Assembly (NCBI GenBank): GCA_963850905.1
Contig: CAWKMU010000003.1
Span: 2,688,001-2,752,000 of the forward strand
Reading direction: 5' to 3'
DNA from: an uncultured Gemmatimonadales bacterium
GTDB taxonomy: Bacteria; Gemmatimonadota; Gemmatimonadetes; Gemmatimonadales; Gemmatimonadaceae
DNA length: 64,000 nt
The notes beneath the pieces were generated by a model. That model was given only the letters and a program-made list of their open reading frames with translations. It did no database searches and had not been told where the DNA came from. Within the stretch, counting starts at the first letter, position 1; each line of letters opens with the position of its first letter. A program made the position numbers and the translations under genes. Of the stretch, positions 31,339-41,002 are shown one piece after another.

Positions 31339-33987
31339 TCAAGTCGAAGTGAGCGCAACCACCGGATCGACGCGCGTCGCCTGAAACGCCGGTAAGCTCG
31401 CTGCGGCCAACGCCACCGCGCCCAAAGCCGCCGCAGCCAGTCCATAAATGATTGGGTCGTGCGCTCCGACGCCGACGAAGAGACTCGCGAGCACGCTAGT
31501 CGACACCCACGCGGCGGCGGCACCCAGCACGATGCCCGTTCCGGTCAGCGCGACAGCACGACGCATGACATCCGTCATCACATCGGCGCGACTGGCGCCG
31601 AGCGCTCGGCGAACGCCGATATCTCGCTGTCGCTGCGCCACAATGTAGGCGAGGACACTGTAGATACCGACCGTCCCGAGGATGAGGGCGACCACCGCGA
31701 ACAGTGACGCCAGAAACGTCGAGAACCGCGTTGTGCTGACAGACTGCGTCATGCGCTGGCTCATGGTTTTGACGTCGAACACGGGCACAGTCGGGTCAAC
31801 GCTCGCAATGATCCGCCTGACGGCAGTCGCTTGGGCTGCCGGGTCACCCGCGACGCGGACGGCCACCGTGGCAGCGTTGCGGGGAGACTGTGCAAACGGG
31901 AGGTAGATCTCGGGCCAGTCTTCCGTGGCGAGTCCCCCCTGCTTCACTGGCGCCGCTACGCCAACGACTTCCATCGTATCGGGCACGTCGTAGAACGTGA
32001 TGTGCCGACCGATCGGATCCCGCCCGCCGAAGTGGCGCCGAGCCAATAGCTCGTCCACGACCGCAATCTTGACCGCGCGGCTGTCGTCGGTGGTGAGCAC
32101 GCCGCGTCCGCGCAGCAGCTTGATGCCCATCGTGTGGAAGTAGGTCGGGGTCACCGTCATGACTAAGGCCATTGGTACGTGTGCCGCGTCCGGCAGCGGA
32201 TCTCCAGCAATGGCGAATCCCTGCGTATCGTTGTTGTCGCTCGCGGGAACGTTCGAGGCAATGCCCGCTCCTGCGATTCCTGGTTGGTCGGACAGTGCGT
32301 CGGCGAGTCGCGTGAAGAACGCGGACTGACGCTCGGGCGTGGGGTACTGAGCCGGGGGGAGAAGGATCTGTGCCGTGAGTACACCAGTCGGTCGGAACCC
32401 TGGGTCCATACGACGGAGGTGCTCGACACTCTCGACCAGGAGGCCGGCCCCTGTTAGGAGCATGAGCGCGACGGCGATCTGGAACACGACCAGCACGTTT
32501 TGGGTTCGCCGATGCTGGGTCGAGTTGGATGTCCGTGCTCCTTGCTTCAACACGTCGCTCAATTGCCCGCGCGATGCCTGCCAAGCGGGCGCGAGTCCGA
32601 AGAGCAGTACTGTGCCAATCGCGATCAAGGCGCAGAAGGCGACGACACGACCGTCGAGACTGACCTCGTCGAGGCGCGGGAGCGACGTGGGAGCCAGCGT
32701 ACGCAGCGCACGTACGCCCGCCGCTGCTACCGCGACGCCGAGCGCTCCCGCTGCGACATTCAGGATTCCGGCTTCAAAGACGTACTCGCGAATGAGCCGA
32801 CTGCGGGTCGCCCCAAGGGCGCTCCGGAGAGCGATTTCGCGCTCGCGGGCGAGACATCGCACCAGAAAGAGATTGGCCAAGTTCGCGGCGCCGATCAGTA
32901 GCACACACGCCGCGGCTGCCAGCAGCATGATCAACATGGGGCGCACATCGCCGACGATCTCATCGATGAGCGGGTGGACGACAACGGACAACCCCTTGTT
33001 TGTCATCGGATACGCGTGCCCGAGTCGATCGGCGATGACTTCGAGGTCCCGCTGTGCGTCCTCAGCTGTCACTCCGGCGGCGCGTCGGCCGTAGACCCCC
33101 AGGTCCTTATTGCCACGATTCGCCAGATCGGATGCAGTGAAGCTGAGACGCGTGTAGAGTTCCTCGCCTGGTGGTGAGGGGATGCCCGCAGGGGTCACGC
33201 CGACGATCGTGTAGGGCTGGTTGTCGAGGGTAAGTGTTTGGCCGAGGGCTGAGCGACTGCCTCCAAACCGTCGCTCCCACAAGCCGTGCCCGATCACGAC
33301 CTCTGGCGGTCCATTGGAATCCGCCGCCAGCGGGCGGCCGAGGACGGGCCTAACGCCCAGGACGGAGAAGTAGTTTGGAGTGACGGCTGCGGCGATCACG
33401 CGCTCGGGCTCCTCCTTTCCGGTCACCGTGAGTTGCTGAGGCAACTCGGCAGCCAAGGCTGGGAACGCGCGAGTTTGCGCTCGCAGATCGACATAGTCGG
33501 CGGGCGCGACGCCCAGAACTGGCAAGTTCGCCGACGGGTCGCTCTCCGAGATCAGGACCAGCTGGTTCGCGTCGCGGTATGGGAATGCCTTGAACAGCAC
33601 GGCGTCGACGAGGCCGAACACCGAGGCCGTCGCGCCAATGGCGATCGCGAGGGTGATGGTGACAGCAACCGTGAACATCGGGCTGCCACGCAACCGCCGG
33701 ATCGCATACCGCAGCTCAGTCCACCAACCGCTCCAGCGCTCCACTAGCGACACCCGTCGTAGCACTCGCTGGTCGATCGTTCGCAACCCGTCACGAACGG
33801 CGGCCAGATCGCCCATCTCTGTGAGAGCCTCCGCGGCCGCAGCCTCCTTTGGTACACCACGAGCAACGAGATCGTCGGTTCTGGCATCGAGGTGAAACCG
33901 GAGCTCGTCATCGACATCCGCGGCCACGTCGGCGCGCCAGAAGCGGAGGTATCGTCGCCAGTTCGGCTGTCGCGGAAAGGAACCCAT
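31339..33987 (-). CDS. ADOP-type duplicated ABC permease (MacB/FtsX domains)
   Basis: DVDDELRFHL N-terminus, ANLANLFL..REREIALRSALGA and GIYSVLAY..QRQRDIGVRRALGA motifs. Confidence 0.92.
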   Translation of the reverse strand: MGSFPRQPNWRRYLRFWRADVAADVDDELRFHLDARTDDLVARGVPKEAAAAEALTEMGDLAAVRDGLRTIDQRVLRRVSLVERWSGWWTELRYAIRRLRGSPMFTVAVTITLAIAIGATASVFGLVDAVLFKAFPYRDANQLVLISESDPSANLPVLGVAPADYVDLRAQTRAFPALAAELPQQLTVTGKEEPERVIAAAVTPNYFSVLGVRPVLGRPLAADSNGPPEVVIGHGLWERRFGGSRSALGQTLTLDNQPYTIVGVTPAGIPSPPGEELYTRLSFTASDLANRGNKDLGVYGRRAAGVTAEDAQRDLEVIADRLGHAYPMTNKGLSVVVHPLIDEIVGDVRPMLIMLLAAAACVLLIGAANLANLFLVRCLAREREIALRSALGATRSRLIREYVFEAGILNVAAGALGVAVAAAGVRALRTLAPTSLPRLDEVSLDGRVVAFCALIAIGTVLLFGLAPAWQASRGQLSDVLKQGARTSNSTQHRRTQNVLVVFQIAVALMLLTGAGLLVESVEHLRRMDPGFRPTGVLTAQILLPPAQYPTPERQSAFFTRLADALSDQPGIAGAGIASNVPASDNNDTQGFAIAGDPLPDAAHVPMALVMTVTPTYFHTMGIKLLRGRGVLTTDDSRAVKIAVVDELLARRHFGGRDPIGRHITFYDVPDTMEVVGVAAPVKQGGLATEDWPEIYLPFAQSPRNAATVAVRVAGDPAAQATAVRRIIASVDPTVPVFDVKTMSQRMTQSVSTTRFSTFLASLFAVVALILGTVGIYSVLAYIVAQRQRDIGVRRALGASRADVMTDVMRRAVALTGTGIVLGAAAAWVSTSVLASLFVGVGAHDPIIYGLAAAALGAVALAAASLPAFQATRVDPVVALTST

Positions 33988-34025
33988 TTGTGTGCTCGCT
34001 CTCGCGTCGCGAAATCGGCTGGGCG

Positions 34026-34094
34026 TCAGCCGCGCAAGACCAACAGGTCAAGGGTGCCTTGCAGAGTGTTGAGGCTGCGATCGGCGGAGCTCAC
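34026..34094 (-). pseudogene. Truncated padR (only ~22 N-terminal codons remain)
   Basis: VSSADRSLNTLQGTLDLLVLRG-stop matches the PadR N-terminus (LQGTLDLLVL); only 38 bp separate it from the permease start. Confidence 0.8.
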
Positions 34095-34100
34095 GCCGCC

Positions 34101-34130
34101 ATTATACCCTCGAGATGCTGATACAATCAA
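34101..34130 (-). promoter_or_regulatory. Putative sigma70 promoter for padR/permease
   Basis: TTGATT-N18-TATAAT on the minus strand, 6 nt before the padR GTG. Confidence 0.6.
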
Positions 34131-34280
34131 GCCGGATCTTGATACAAACGAGCCCGCCATGGCCTCCGTGGCCTCCTGCGGAGGGCTCTCTACGTCCCCG
34201 TCCGGGCAGCTCCTTCGCGCAATGGGGATGTCACTCACGCCGCGCACATCAGGCGTCGACCCGGTCGCCGATCCCGGCGC

Positions 34281-34880
34281 TCACCCGAGGGAGTTGATCT
34301 CCATCTTCATCCACGGATGGACGCAGCACTGGAACTTCAACACGCCCGGGGTCTGGGAGAGGAGCAAAAGAACCTCACCACCGGGAGGGACGAGGAGCTC
34401 GGATTTGGGGATCGTACATTCCGGAGCCTCGGCCGGGGTGCCCGCAAGCTTGTTAAGCATGGGCACGAAGCCGCCGCCGAAACTCGTCACGCGCGTGAAG
34501 GTGTGGGCCTCGCCGCCCGTGTTGTACACGACAAGCTCTCTGCTAGACGTCGTGAGTAGCGTGGGGTTGATCCACCATCCTCGGACATTGTGATTCGTCT
34601 CGAGTTGCGCTAGGAAGTCCTGATACGGTACGCGACGCCCGACCGTAGGGACCGCGAGACAGTCGCCGCTGCTGACCGCGATGTTGAACGTGACCGGGTC
34701 GCACTGATCACGCAGGAAGATGGGGCCGTTGCCGTGCACCCAGGCAATGTGGTTCTCTCCTGCTGTTTCGGCGCGGACTGCCTTGGGAACCGTCGTGGGC
34801 GCCACGGCGCTAGGCGCGTCACAACCGGCAGCCACAAGTGCGACACCAAGGACAACGGCTCTCGTGCGCAATACGTCCAT
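34281..34880 (-). CDS. Cupredoxin-like lipoprotein
   Basis: Lipobox VAAG-C; EAHTFT plus C-x2-H-x2-M (QCCVHPWM), type-1 copper ligand pattern. Confidence 0.75.
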   Translation of the reverse strand: MDVLRTRAVVLGVALVAAGCDAPSAVAPTTVPKAVRAETAGENHIAWVHGNGPIFLRDQCDPVTFNIAVSSGDCLAVPTVGRRVPYQDFLAQLETNHNVRGWWINPTLLTTSSRELVVYNTGGEAHTFTRVTSFGGGFVPMLNKLAGTPAEAPECTIPKSELLVPPGGEVLLLLSQTPGVLKFQCCVHPWMKMEINSLG

Positions 34881-35124
34881 GTCGTCCTCCCTGCCTCACG
34901 TGGCATCGCAACTCCTCAGCTTGAGCGCGGACTCGACCATCGAGCCGCCCCGCGATACTACGACTGCCGTGATGGCAGCTCAAGCGAGCTAGACTGAGAG
35001 GTTGGTGCGGCAAGGCAAGGATGCCACGAGGCGCCAGGATCGCCGCGCTCGCGTCGACCGAGGTGGTTGAGGCTCAGACTTGCGACGCCGTGGGCCGATA
35101 GGTCAGCGTCGATCGCGCGACTAC

Positions 35125-35660
35125 CTATCGCCTGGCTGTCGGGGGGATATGGCCGTTCAGTCGGAGGTAAATCGCCATCTGGCTGTAGTGGTCGGCCCAG
35201 TCTTCTGTCCGCTCGCTCATGAGCGCCACCTGCGTCCACTTGACCCCGAAGCCCGTAACCTCCTGGCCAAGCTTGGAATCGTCGAGCTTGGCGAACACCT
35301 GGTCGCAGAGCGCGAAGGTGTCCTTCAGGCGTGCGACGAGCTTGTCCTTGTCATCCGTCGGTGTGAGTTTATCCCGCTCCGGCGCTTGCATACCCCCGAT
35401 CCCAGGGCACGCCAGGTCGTTGTCCGCCGCGACATGGAGCACCACCTGGCCAAACGTCATCTGCGGGGCCGTGGGCTTGAAGTTGTATTTGTCCGACGGC
35501 ATCTCCTCAGCGGCGGCCACGAGACGCTTCTCCATGTTGCTTTCCGTACTCCGGAACGCGTCCGCGAGGGCGCGTTGCCTGCGGGCGCGTTGGCCTGAGC
35601 AAGGCCGAGAGCTGGAACCAATGTGGTCGCCAAGAGCGCGACGATGGCGGGACGGCGCAT
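35125..35660 (-). CDS. Secreted DinB-family protein; apparent frameshift near 35575
   Basis: Signal peptide MRRPAIVALLATTLVPALGLA in one frame; AAEEMP..KYNFKPT and DHYSQMAIYLRLNG in another. Confidence 0.8.
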
Positions 35661-35764
35661 GCGGTTACTCGAGGTGGGGAGGAGTGTAATCTGCCACGTC
35701 CGCGGGCTCCATGTCACGGGCCGTTATTGCAATTTTGACGTAAATGCGTCGGTCTGGGCTCGCC

Positions 35765-36992
35765 TCACTGGACCTGGATTGGCGCCGTCCACCGAAACGT
35801 CCCCCATTCCATCGTGAGCGCGCCACGAGCCTTTCCACTCGGGACGATCGAGATGGTGAACTTCTCGACTGGCGTTGCGAGCGTCCCGGTCGTCATGCGA
35901 GCCATGCCGACGTCGCGCGAGTTGTCGTACTCGGTGCCCCACTGCCCGCTCTGTCCGTTCACGATCAAATCGGCGCCCGTCGTGCGCGGAACAGTCCATA
36001 GCGAGTACGTCCCCGCAGGCATCTCTGATGCCGCCGAGGGTCATGGGCGCCGATGTCGTGAACTGCGTGGCGGCGTTGGCCCCCGTCCGCCACACGCGGT
36101 CGTATGGCAGAATGTTGCCTAGCAGCACGCGCCCGCGTACCAGGGGCCGGCCGTAATCGATGAGGAATGTCGCCTTGCCGATGCTGTCGCGCACCGTGTC
36201 CCGTACGCTGAGCTGCGTCACACCACTCTTCGCCTCGGCGGCCTCGAATCCGTTGGCAACCGCCCGGACGTCGGGAGGGTCCGACAGGCGGCTCACATCC
36301 ACCTTGTACGTCGTTCGGGCCCCCGAATAGCGCAGCATGTGGTCCGCGGAGTCGAGCGTCGCCTCTCCGATCCCGGCCAGCCAGTCGTGTTCGATCTCCG
36401 CTCTGCCACCGGCGAGCGGTCGCACCACGCCATGATGCAGCGGGAACCGGTCGAACTCCCGATCGATGTAGAATTGCCGCAGCTGCACTGTGTCACCAAT
36501 CGCGCGCTTCAATGCCCTCGCGCGCTCCATCGCCGCCGCGAAGTACAGCTCGTAGAGGCTGTACATCTGCGGGACATGGGCCATCGCCGTGCCGCCCTCG
36601 GTGGCGAATGCGCGCACGATCGTGCCCGTTCCATCCTGCTTTGAGACCCGCACCGAGTCCCTTGTGACGTCCGCTACGACCTGCCGGTGCTGTTGATTCG
36701 CCGGCTCACTCGGTGTGTAAATCTGCATGACGAGATGCCGGATGCCGCCGTCGGGGCGGAGCTCGATCTCGGTGTGCCGCTCGCGTACGCGCGGGAACCG
36801 GTCGACTGCATCGCTGGTCTCTGTGTTGCCTCGGCGCGTGACGCTCTCGACGGAGAGCGTGTCGCGGCCCAAGCGCGCGATGAACCCGTAGTGTTCGGCG
36901 GGGCCGGTGGGGCCGCAACCCAGGAATAGCAGTGTGGCGATAACGCAGTGTGTCGTCCGACGGCGGACGACGCGCTCGGTCCAATCAGGCAT
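35765..36992 (-). CDS. DUF2911-domain protein; apparent frameshift near 36025
   Basis: IDYGRP, VWRTGANAAT, then PAGTYSLWTVP and GQWGTEYD in another frame. Confidence 0.82.
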
Positions 36993-37333
36993 GGTGCCGT
37001 CCAGCGACGATTCGGGTTGAGAACGAAATCAGTGCGGAAACTAGGCTCCTGCGCGCGTCCGTTGCACGTGTCCGCGCGTCCGGGTTTGGTGAAACGTTGC
37101 GGGCGCTTCTGATGTCGCGGCGGCACTAACGCCCGTGGTTCTCGTTCCGTCCGTGGGGCTAGCGGGAGTCGCGACCCCGGCAACGCACAGCGCTCCTGCC
37201 CACACGCAGTCCGGGTGCGGCCGTGAATGAGCCCACACGCCAGTCACGGTCGTCATTCTTACTGACGCGAGCCGCTTTGTTTGCATGCCAAGGACCGTCG
37301 CGTGAACCGATCGATTGCCCTGAGCGAGTGACC

Positions 37334-37654
37334 ATGCCCAAAACCCCGACCGGCGAACCCTTCTTCCGGGTGATCTTTGCGTCGACGGACGACTTTCTGC
37401 TCGTCTCCGCCGCGCTGGCCAGCAAAGCGACCGCGGAGAAGGTCCGCGCTGCGCTGGCCGAGACGCCGCCGGCGATCGTCCTCGAGACGTCGCCGAACTC
37501 GCCTTCCCATCCAGTCTGGTTCGTGAATCGGGGCGGCCGGAGTCTCGTCCTCGAGCTGGGAAGGCCGGTGACGTTCAGCGAAGCGATTACCGAGCGGCAG
37601 TTGCCGCGGGGCCTTGCCACCCGTCTCGGGGAACATTGCCGCGCGGTGAGGTAG
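37334..37654 (+). CDS. Hypothetical protein (~106 aa)
   Basis: Plausible ATG-started ORF in an otherwise empty interval; no family recognised. Confidence 0.45.
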   Translation: MPKTPTGEPFFRVIFASTDDFLLVSAALASKATAEKVRAALAETPPAIVLETSPNSPSHPVWFVNRGGRSLVLELGRPVTFSEAITERQLPRGLATRLGEHCRAVR

Positions 37655-37664
37655 GCCGCCCAAA

Positions 37665-37699
37665 CGTCTAGCGCCCAGCGTCTAGCGTCTAGCGTCCAG
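37665..37699. repeat. 7-bp tandem repeat CG(T/C)C(T/C)AG x5
   Basis: cgtctag-cgcccag-cgtctag-cgtctag-cgtccag between convergent gene ends. Confidence 0.85.
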
Positions 37700-39197
37700 C
37701 CAACCCCTGTGCCGCGCGGAACAGCGTCGCTTCGTCGAAGTGCCGGCCCACGAGCATCAGCCCCACGGGTAGGCCATCCACGGCGCCACAAGGGATGGTG
37801 AGCGCCGGGTGGCCCGATACGTCGAACGGGCAGGTGTTCTGCTGCATGTTGAGCGCGGCATCGACGTACAGCTCCCGCGGCGCGTCCGCAGGAGGGATTC
37901 GGGTGGCGGGGAAGGGGATCGTTGGCATCGCCAGGATGTCATGCGCCGCCAGCGCCGCGTCGTACGCCTGGCGCAAGAGCACGCGGATGTTCTGAGCCTT
38001 GGCGTGATATCGGTTGTGATACTTGCGGTGCATGTGCTCGCCCAGCAACAACACGAGCTTCACCGTCTCGGATACGCTGTCCGGCTGCGCTCTCCAGCCG
38101 TGCACAAACGCTTCCTGCAGCGATGTCGGGTAGTAGCCGGGCGCGTTGTTCCCCAGGGCGAATCCCTTGAGCATCATCTCGGCCGCACCCTCGACGATCA
38201 CGCCGGTCCAGATGTGGGGGCCGTCGTAGTGCATCGGGACCGACACGTCGGAGACGGATGCGCCACACGATCGGAATGCGCCAATGGCGTCGCGCACGAC
38301 ACGATCGGTTGCCGTCGATCGCGGGTCGCTTGTCGGGTGGCCAAACCCCTCGCGGAGTACGGCGATCCGGAGACCAGCGGGCGACGTCTGGAGTGCCCCC
38401 ATGTAATCGCCCACCACGGCATTCGCGGTGCGAGGGTCGTGCTCGTCGCGACCCGCAATGGCCGTGAGCAGCCGCGCAACGTTCTCCACGCTGTTGGCGA
38501 TCGGCCCGCAGTGGTCGACCGAATACGAGATCGGCATCCCACCCGTCATGGGTACGAGTCCCCACGTCGGCTTGAGCCCGTAGACGCCGCACCAAGCCGA
38601 TGGCGTGCGAATCGAGCCGCCCTGATCACCACCCAATGCCATCTCGACCTCTCCAGCTGCCACCAAGGCCGCGCTACCCCCTGACGACCCCCCGGCACTG
38701 AACGCAGGGTTGTGCGGATTGCGAATCGGGCCGGTCGCACACGTGTGACTCCCGGCCGAGAAGCAGAGATCCTCACACGCGGCCTTGCCCGCCACGTCTG
38801 CGCCCGCATCGAGCACGCGAGTGACCACGGTGGCGTCGACCTCCGGCGTGTAACCCTCGAGCCAGCGTGAGCCGTTCATCATCGGGACGCCGGCCACGCA
38901 GAGGTTGTCTTTCACAGCGATGCGGCGGCCGGCGAGGATGCCATGCGTCGCGCCCTTGATCTCCGACTTCCAATACCACGCGTTGAACGGGTTCTCCGCG
39001 GCGGACGGACGGTGCCCCGCCGAACGCGGATACTTGACCGGTAGCATTGGCTCCGGGATCTCGTCCAAACGATTGTACGAGCCGATCGCGCCGCGCATGA
39101 GATCGCGGAACGAGGCGGCGTCACTGGATGAAAGCGTCATGCCGAAGGATTCGGCAATGTCGAGGAGCTCGTGCTCGGTAGGCAGCTCCACCGGCAC
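37689..39197 (-). CDS. Amidase-signature family amidase
   Basis: AVKDN, GGSSGGS and GGDQGGSIRTPS (Ser-cisSer-Lys triad); GTG start at 39197 inferred. Confidence 0.92.
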   Translation of the reverse strand: MPVELPTEHELLDIAESFGMTLSSSDAASFRDLMRGAIGSYNRLDEIPEPMLPVKYPRSAGHRPSAAENPFNAWYWKSEIKGATHGILAGRRIAVKDNLCVAGVPMMNGSRWLEGYTPEVDATVVTRVLDAGADVAGKAACEDLCFSAGSHTCATGPIRNPHNPAFSAGGSSGGSAALVAAGEVEMALGGDQGGSIRTPSAWCGVYGLKPTWGLVPMTGGMPISYSVDHCGPIANSVENVARLLTAIAGRDEHDPRTANAVVGDYMGALQTSPAGLRIAVLREGFGHPTSDPRSTATDRVVRDAIGAFRSCGASVSDVSVPMHYDGPHIWTGVIVEGAAEMMLKGFALGNNAPGYYPTSLQEAFVHGWRAQPDSVSETVKLVLLLGEHMHRKYHNRYHAKAQNIRVLLRQAYDAALAAHDILAMPTIPFPATRIPPADAPRELYVDAALNMQQNTCPFDVSGHPALTIPCGAVDGLPVGLMLVGRHFDEATLFRAAQGLAGR

Positions 39198-39231
39198 CGG
39201 CTCGCCACGCGGGCCCGTGTGTGCTGCGAGA

Positions 39232-40953
39232 TCAGGCAGTTGCGATGTCTTGAGCATCGGCGCGGTCCAATTCCGTTGTGGAGGTCTTGCGCATCACGAA
39301 CTTCTGGATCTTGCCAGTCACCGTCATGGGAAACGCGTCGACGATCTTCAGGAATCGCGGGACCTTGTAGTCGGCGATCTTGCCCTTGCAGAATTGTTGG
39401 AGCTCCTCGAGCGACAGCCGTGTGCCGGGCTTGAGCTTCACCCAAGCGACGATCTCCTCGCCGTATCTGGCATCCGGCACCCCAATGATCTGGGCTTCGG
39501 TGATCTCCGGGCAGGAGTACAGGAAATCCTCGACTTCGCGGGGATAGACGTTCTCACCGCCGCGGATGATCACATCCTTCGCCCGTCCAGTGATCTTGAA
39601 GTACCCGCGCTCGTCGAGGACCGCGAGGTCACCCGTGTGCAGCCAGCCGTCCCCGTCGATCGCGGCCCGAGTCGCGTCCGGATCTCGGTAGTACCCCTTC
39701 ATGACCAGGTACCCGCGTGTGCACAACTCGCCGGGCGTCCCGACTGGGACGATGTGCCCGGTCTGTGGATCGATGACCTTCACCTCGGTGTGTGGCAGCG
39801 CTTTGCCCACCGTGGTACAGCGGACCTCGACCGGATCGTCCGTCGTCGTGAGCGTGATCACGGGAGACGCTTCGGTTTGTCCGTAGGCGATCGTCAACTC
39901 GCGACAGTGCATCTCGGCGACGACCCGCCGCATGATCTCGATCGGACACGGTGCGCCGGACATGATCCCCGTGCGCAGCGAGCGGAGATCGAACTCGTGG
40001 AACGTCGGATGGTTCAACTCGGCGATGAACATGGTTGGGACGCCGTGCACCGCCGTGCAGCGCTCGTCTTGAATTGCCTGCAACGTCGCGCCGGCGTCGA
40101 AGTGCGGAGCGGGCACGACCATGGTCGCACCCGTCACGACGCAGGCCATGTTCGCCAACACCATGCCGAAGCAGTGGTAGAAGGGGACAGGGATGCAGAG
40201 GCGGTCGTGACTCGTCAGCCGGAGTGCGTCCGCGATGAGGAGACCGTTATTGACGATGTTGTGGTGCGACAACGTCGCGCCCTTCGGGAAGCCGGTCGTC
40301 CCGGACGTGTATTGAATGTTGATCGCATCCGAACACGCGAGCGTCCCTTCTCGCCCCCGGAGGGCTCGCTCGGAGACGCGGGCGCCGGCGCGCAGGAGAT
40401 CATCCCAGGACAGCATGCCTCGGGGGGCGGCATCCCCGACGAAGACGACGTTGCGCAAGTGCGGGACTTGCTCCGACCGTGTCTGCCCAGCCTCACAGTG
40501 GTCGAGCTCGGGGCAGATCTCGCGAAGGATCGCGGGATAGGAAGCGTCGCGAAATCCGTCGATCAGGATCAGCGTCTGACACTCCGATTGCCGGAGCACG
40601 TACTCCAGCTCACGCGCGCGGTTCAACGGGTTGACGCTCACCAGTATCGCGCCGATTCTCGCCGTAGCGAACTGTGTGATGACCCACTCGGCCGAGTTCG
40701 TCGACCAGATGCCGACCCGGTCGCCGGCAGCAATGCCGAGACTCAGAAAGCCGCGGGCGGCCACGTCCACCGCGTCGTTGAGCGCGCGGTAGGAATACCG
40801 CTTGGCCTGATGCGACACGACGAGCCCGTCGCCGTCGGGAAACCGCGTCGCGGCATCGTCCAGCGCTTGGGCAATGCACATCTCCCGGAGCGGCGGAGTC
40901 GCACCTCCCTGCGTGTAACTCGACAGCTCGTTTGTGCCGACGGTCAGCGTCAT
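39232..40953 (-). CDS. AMP-binding acyl-CoA synthetase
   Basis: QYTSGTTGFPKG, YGQTE, GWLHTGD and TGKIQK motifs. Confidence 0.93.
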   Translation of the reverse strand: MTLTVGTNELSSYTQGGATPPLREMCIAQALDDAATRFPDGDGLVVSHQAKRYSYRALNDAVDVAARGFLSLGIAAGDRVGIWSTNSAEWVITQFATARIGAILVSVNPLNRARELEYVLRQSECQTLILIDGFRDASYPAILREICPELDHCEAGQTRSEQVPHLRNVVFVGDAAPRGMLSWDDLLRAGARVSERALRGREGTLACSDAINIQYTSGTTGFPKGATLSHHNIVNNGLLIADALRLTSHDRLCIPVPFYHCFGMVLANMACVVTGATMVVPAPHFDAGATLQAIQDERCTAVHGVPTMFIAELNHPTFHEFDLRSLRTGIMSGAPCPIEIMRRVVAEMHCRELTIAYGQTEASPVITLTTTDDPVEVRCTTVGKALPHTEVKVIDPQTGHIVPVGTPGELCTRGYLVMKGYYRDPDATRAAIDGDGWLHTGDLAVLDERGYFKITGRAKDVIIRGGENVYPREVEDFLYSCPEITEAQIIGVPDARYGEEIVAWVKLKPGTRLSLEELQQFCKGKIADYKVPRFLKIVDAFPMTVTGKIQKFVMRKTSTTELDRADAQDIATA

Positions 40954-41002
40954 GCGCCGCCTCTCCGAGAACGCGAACCGCTTTTGTCCCTCTCCGTCCC
41001 GA

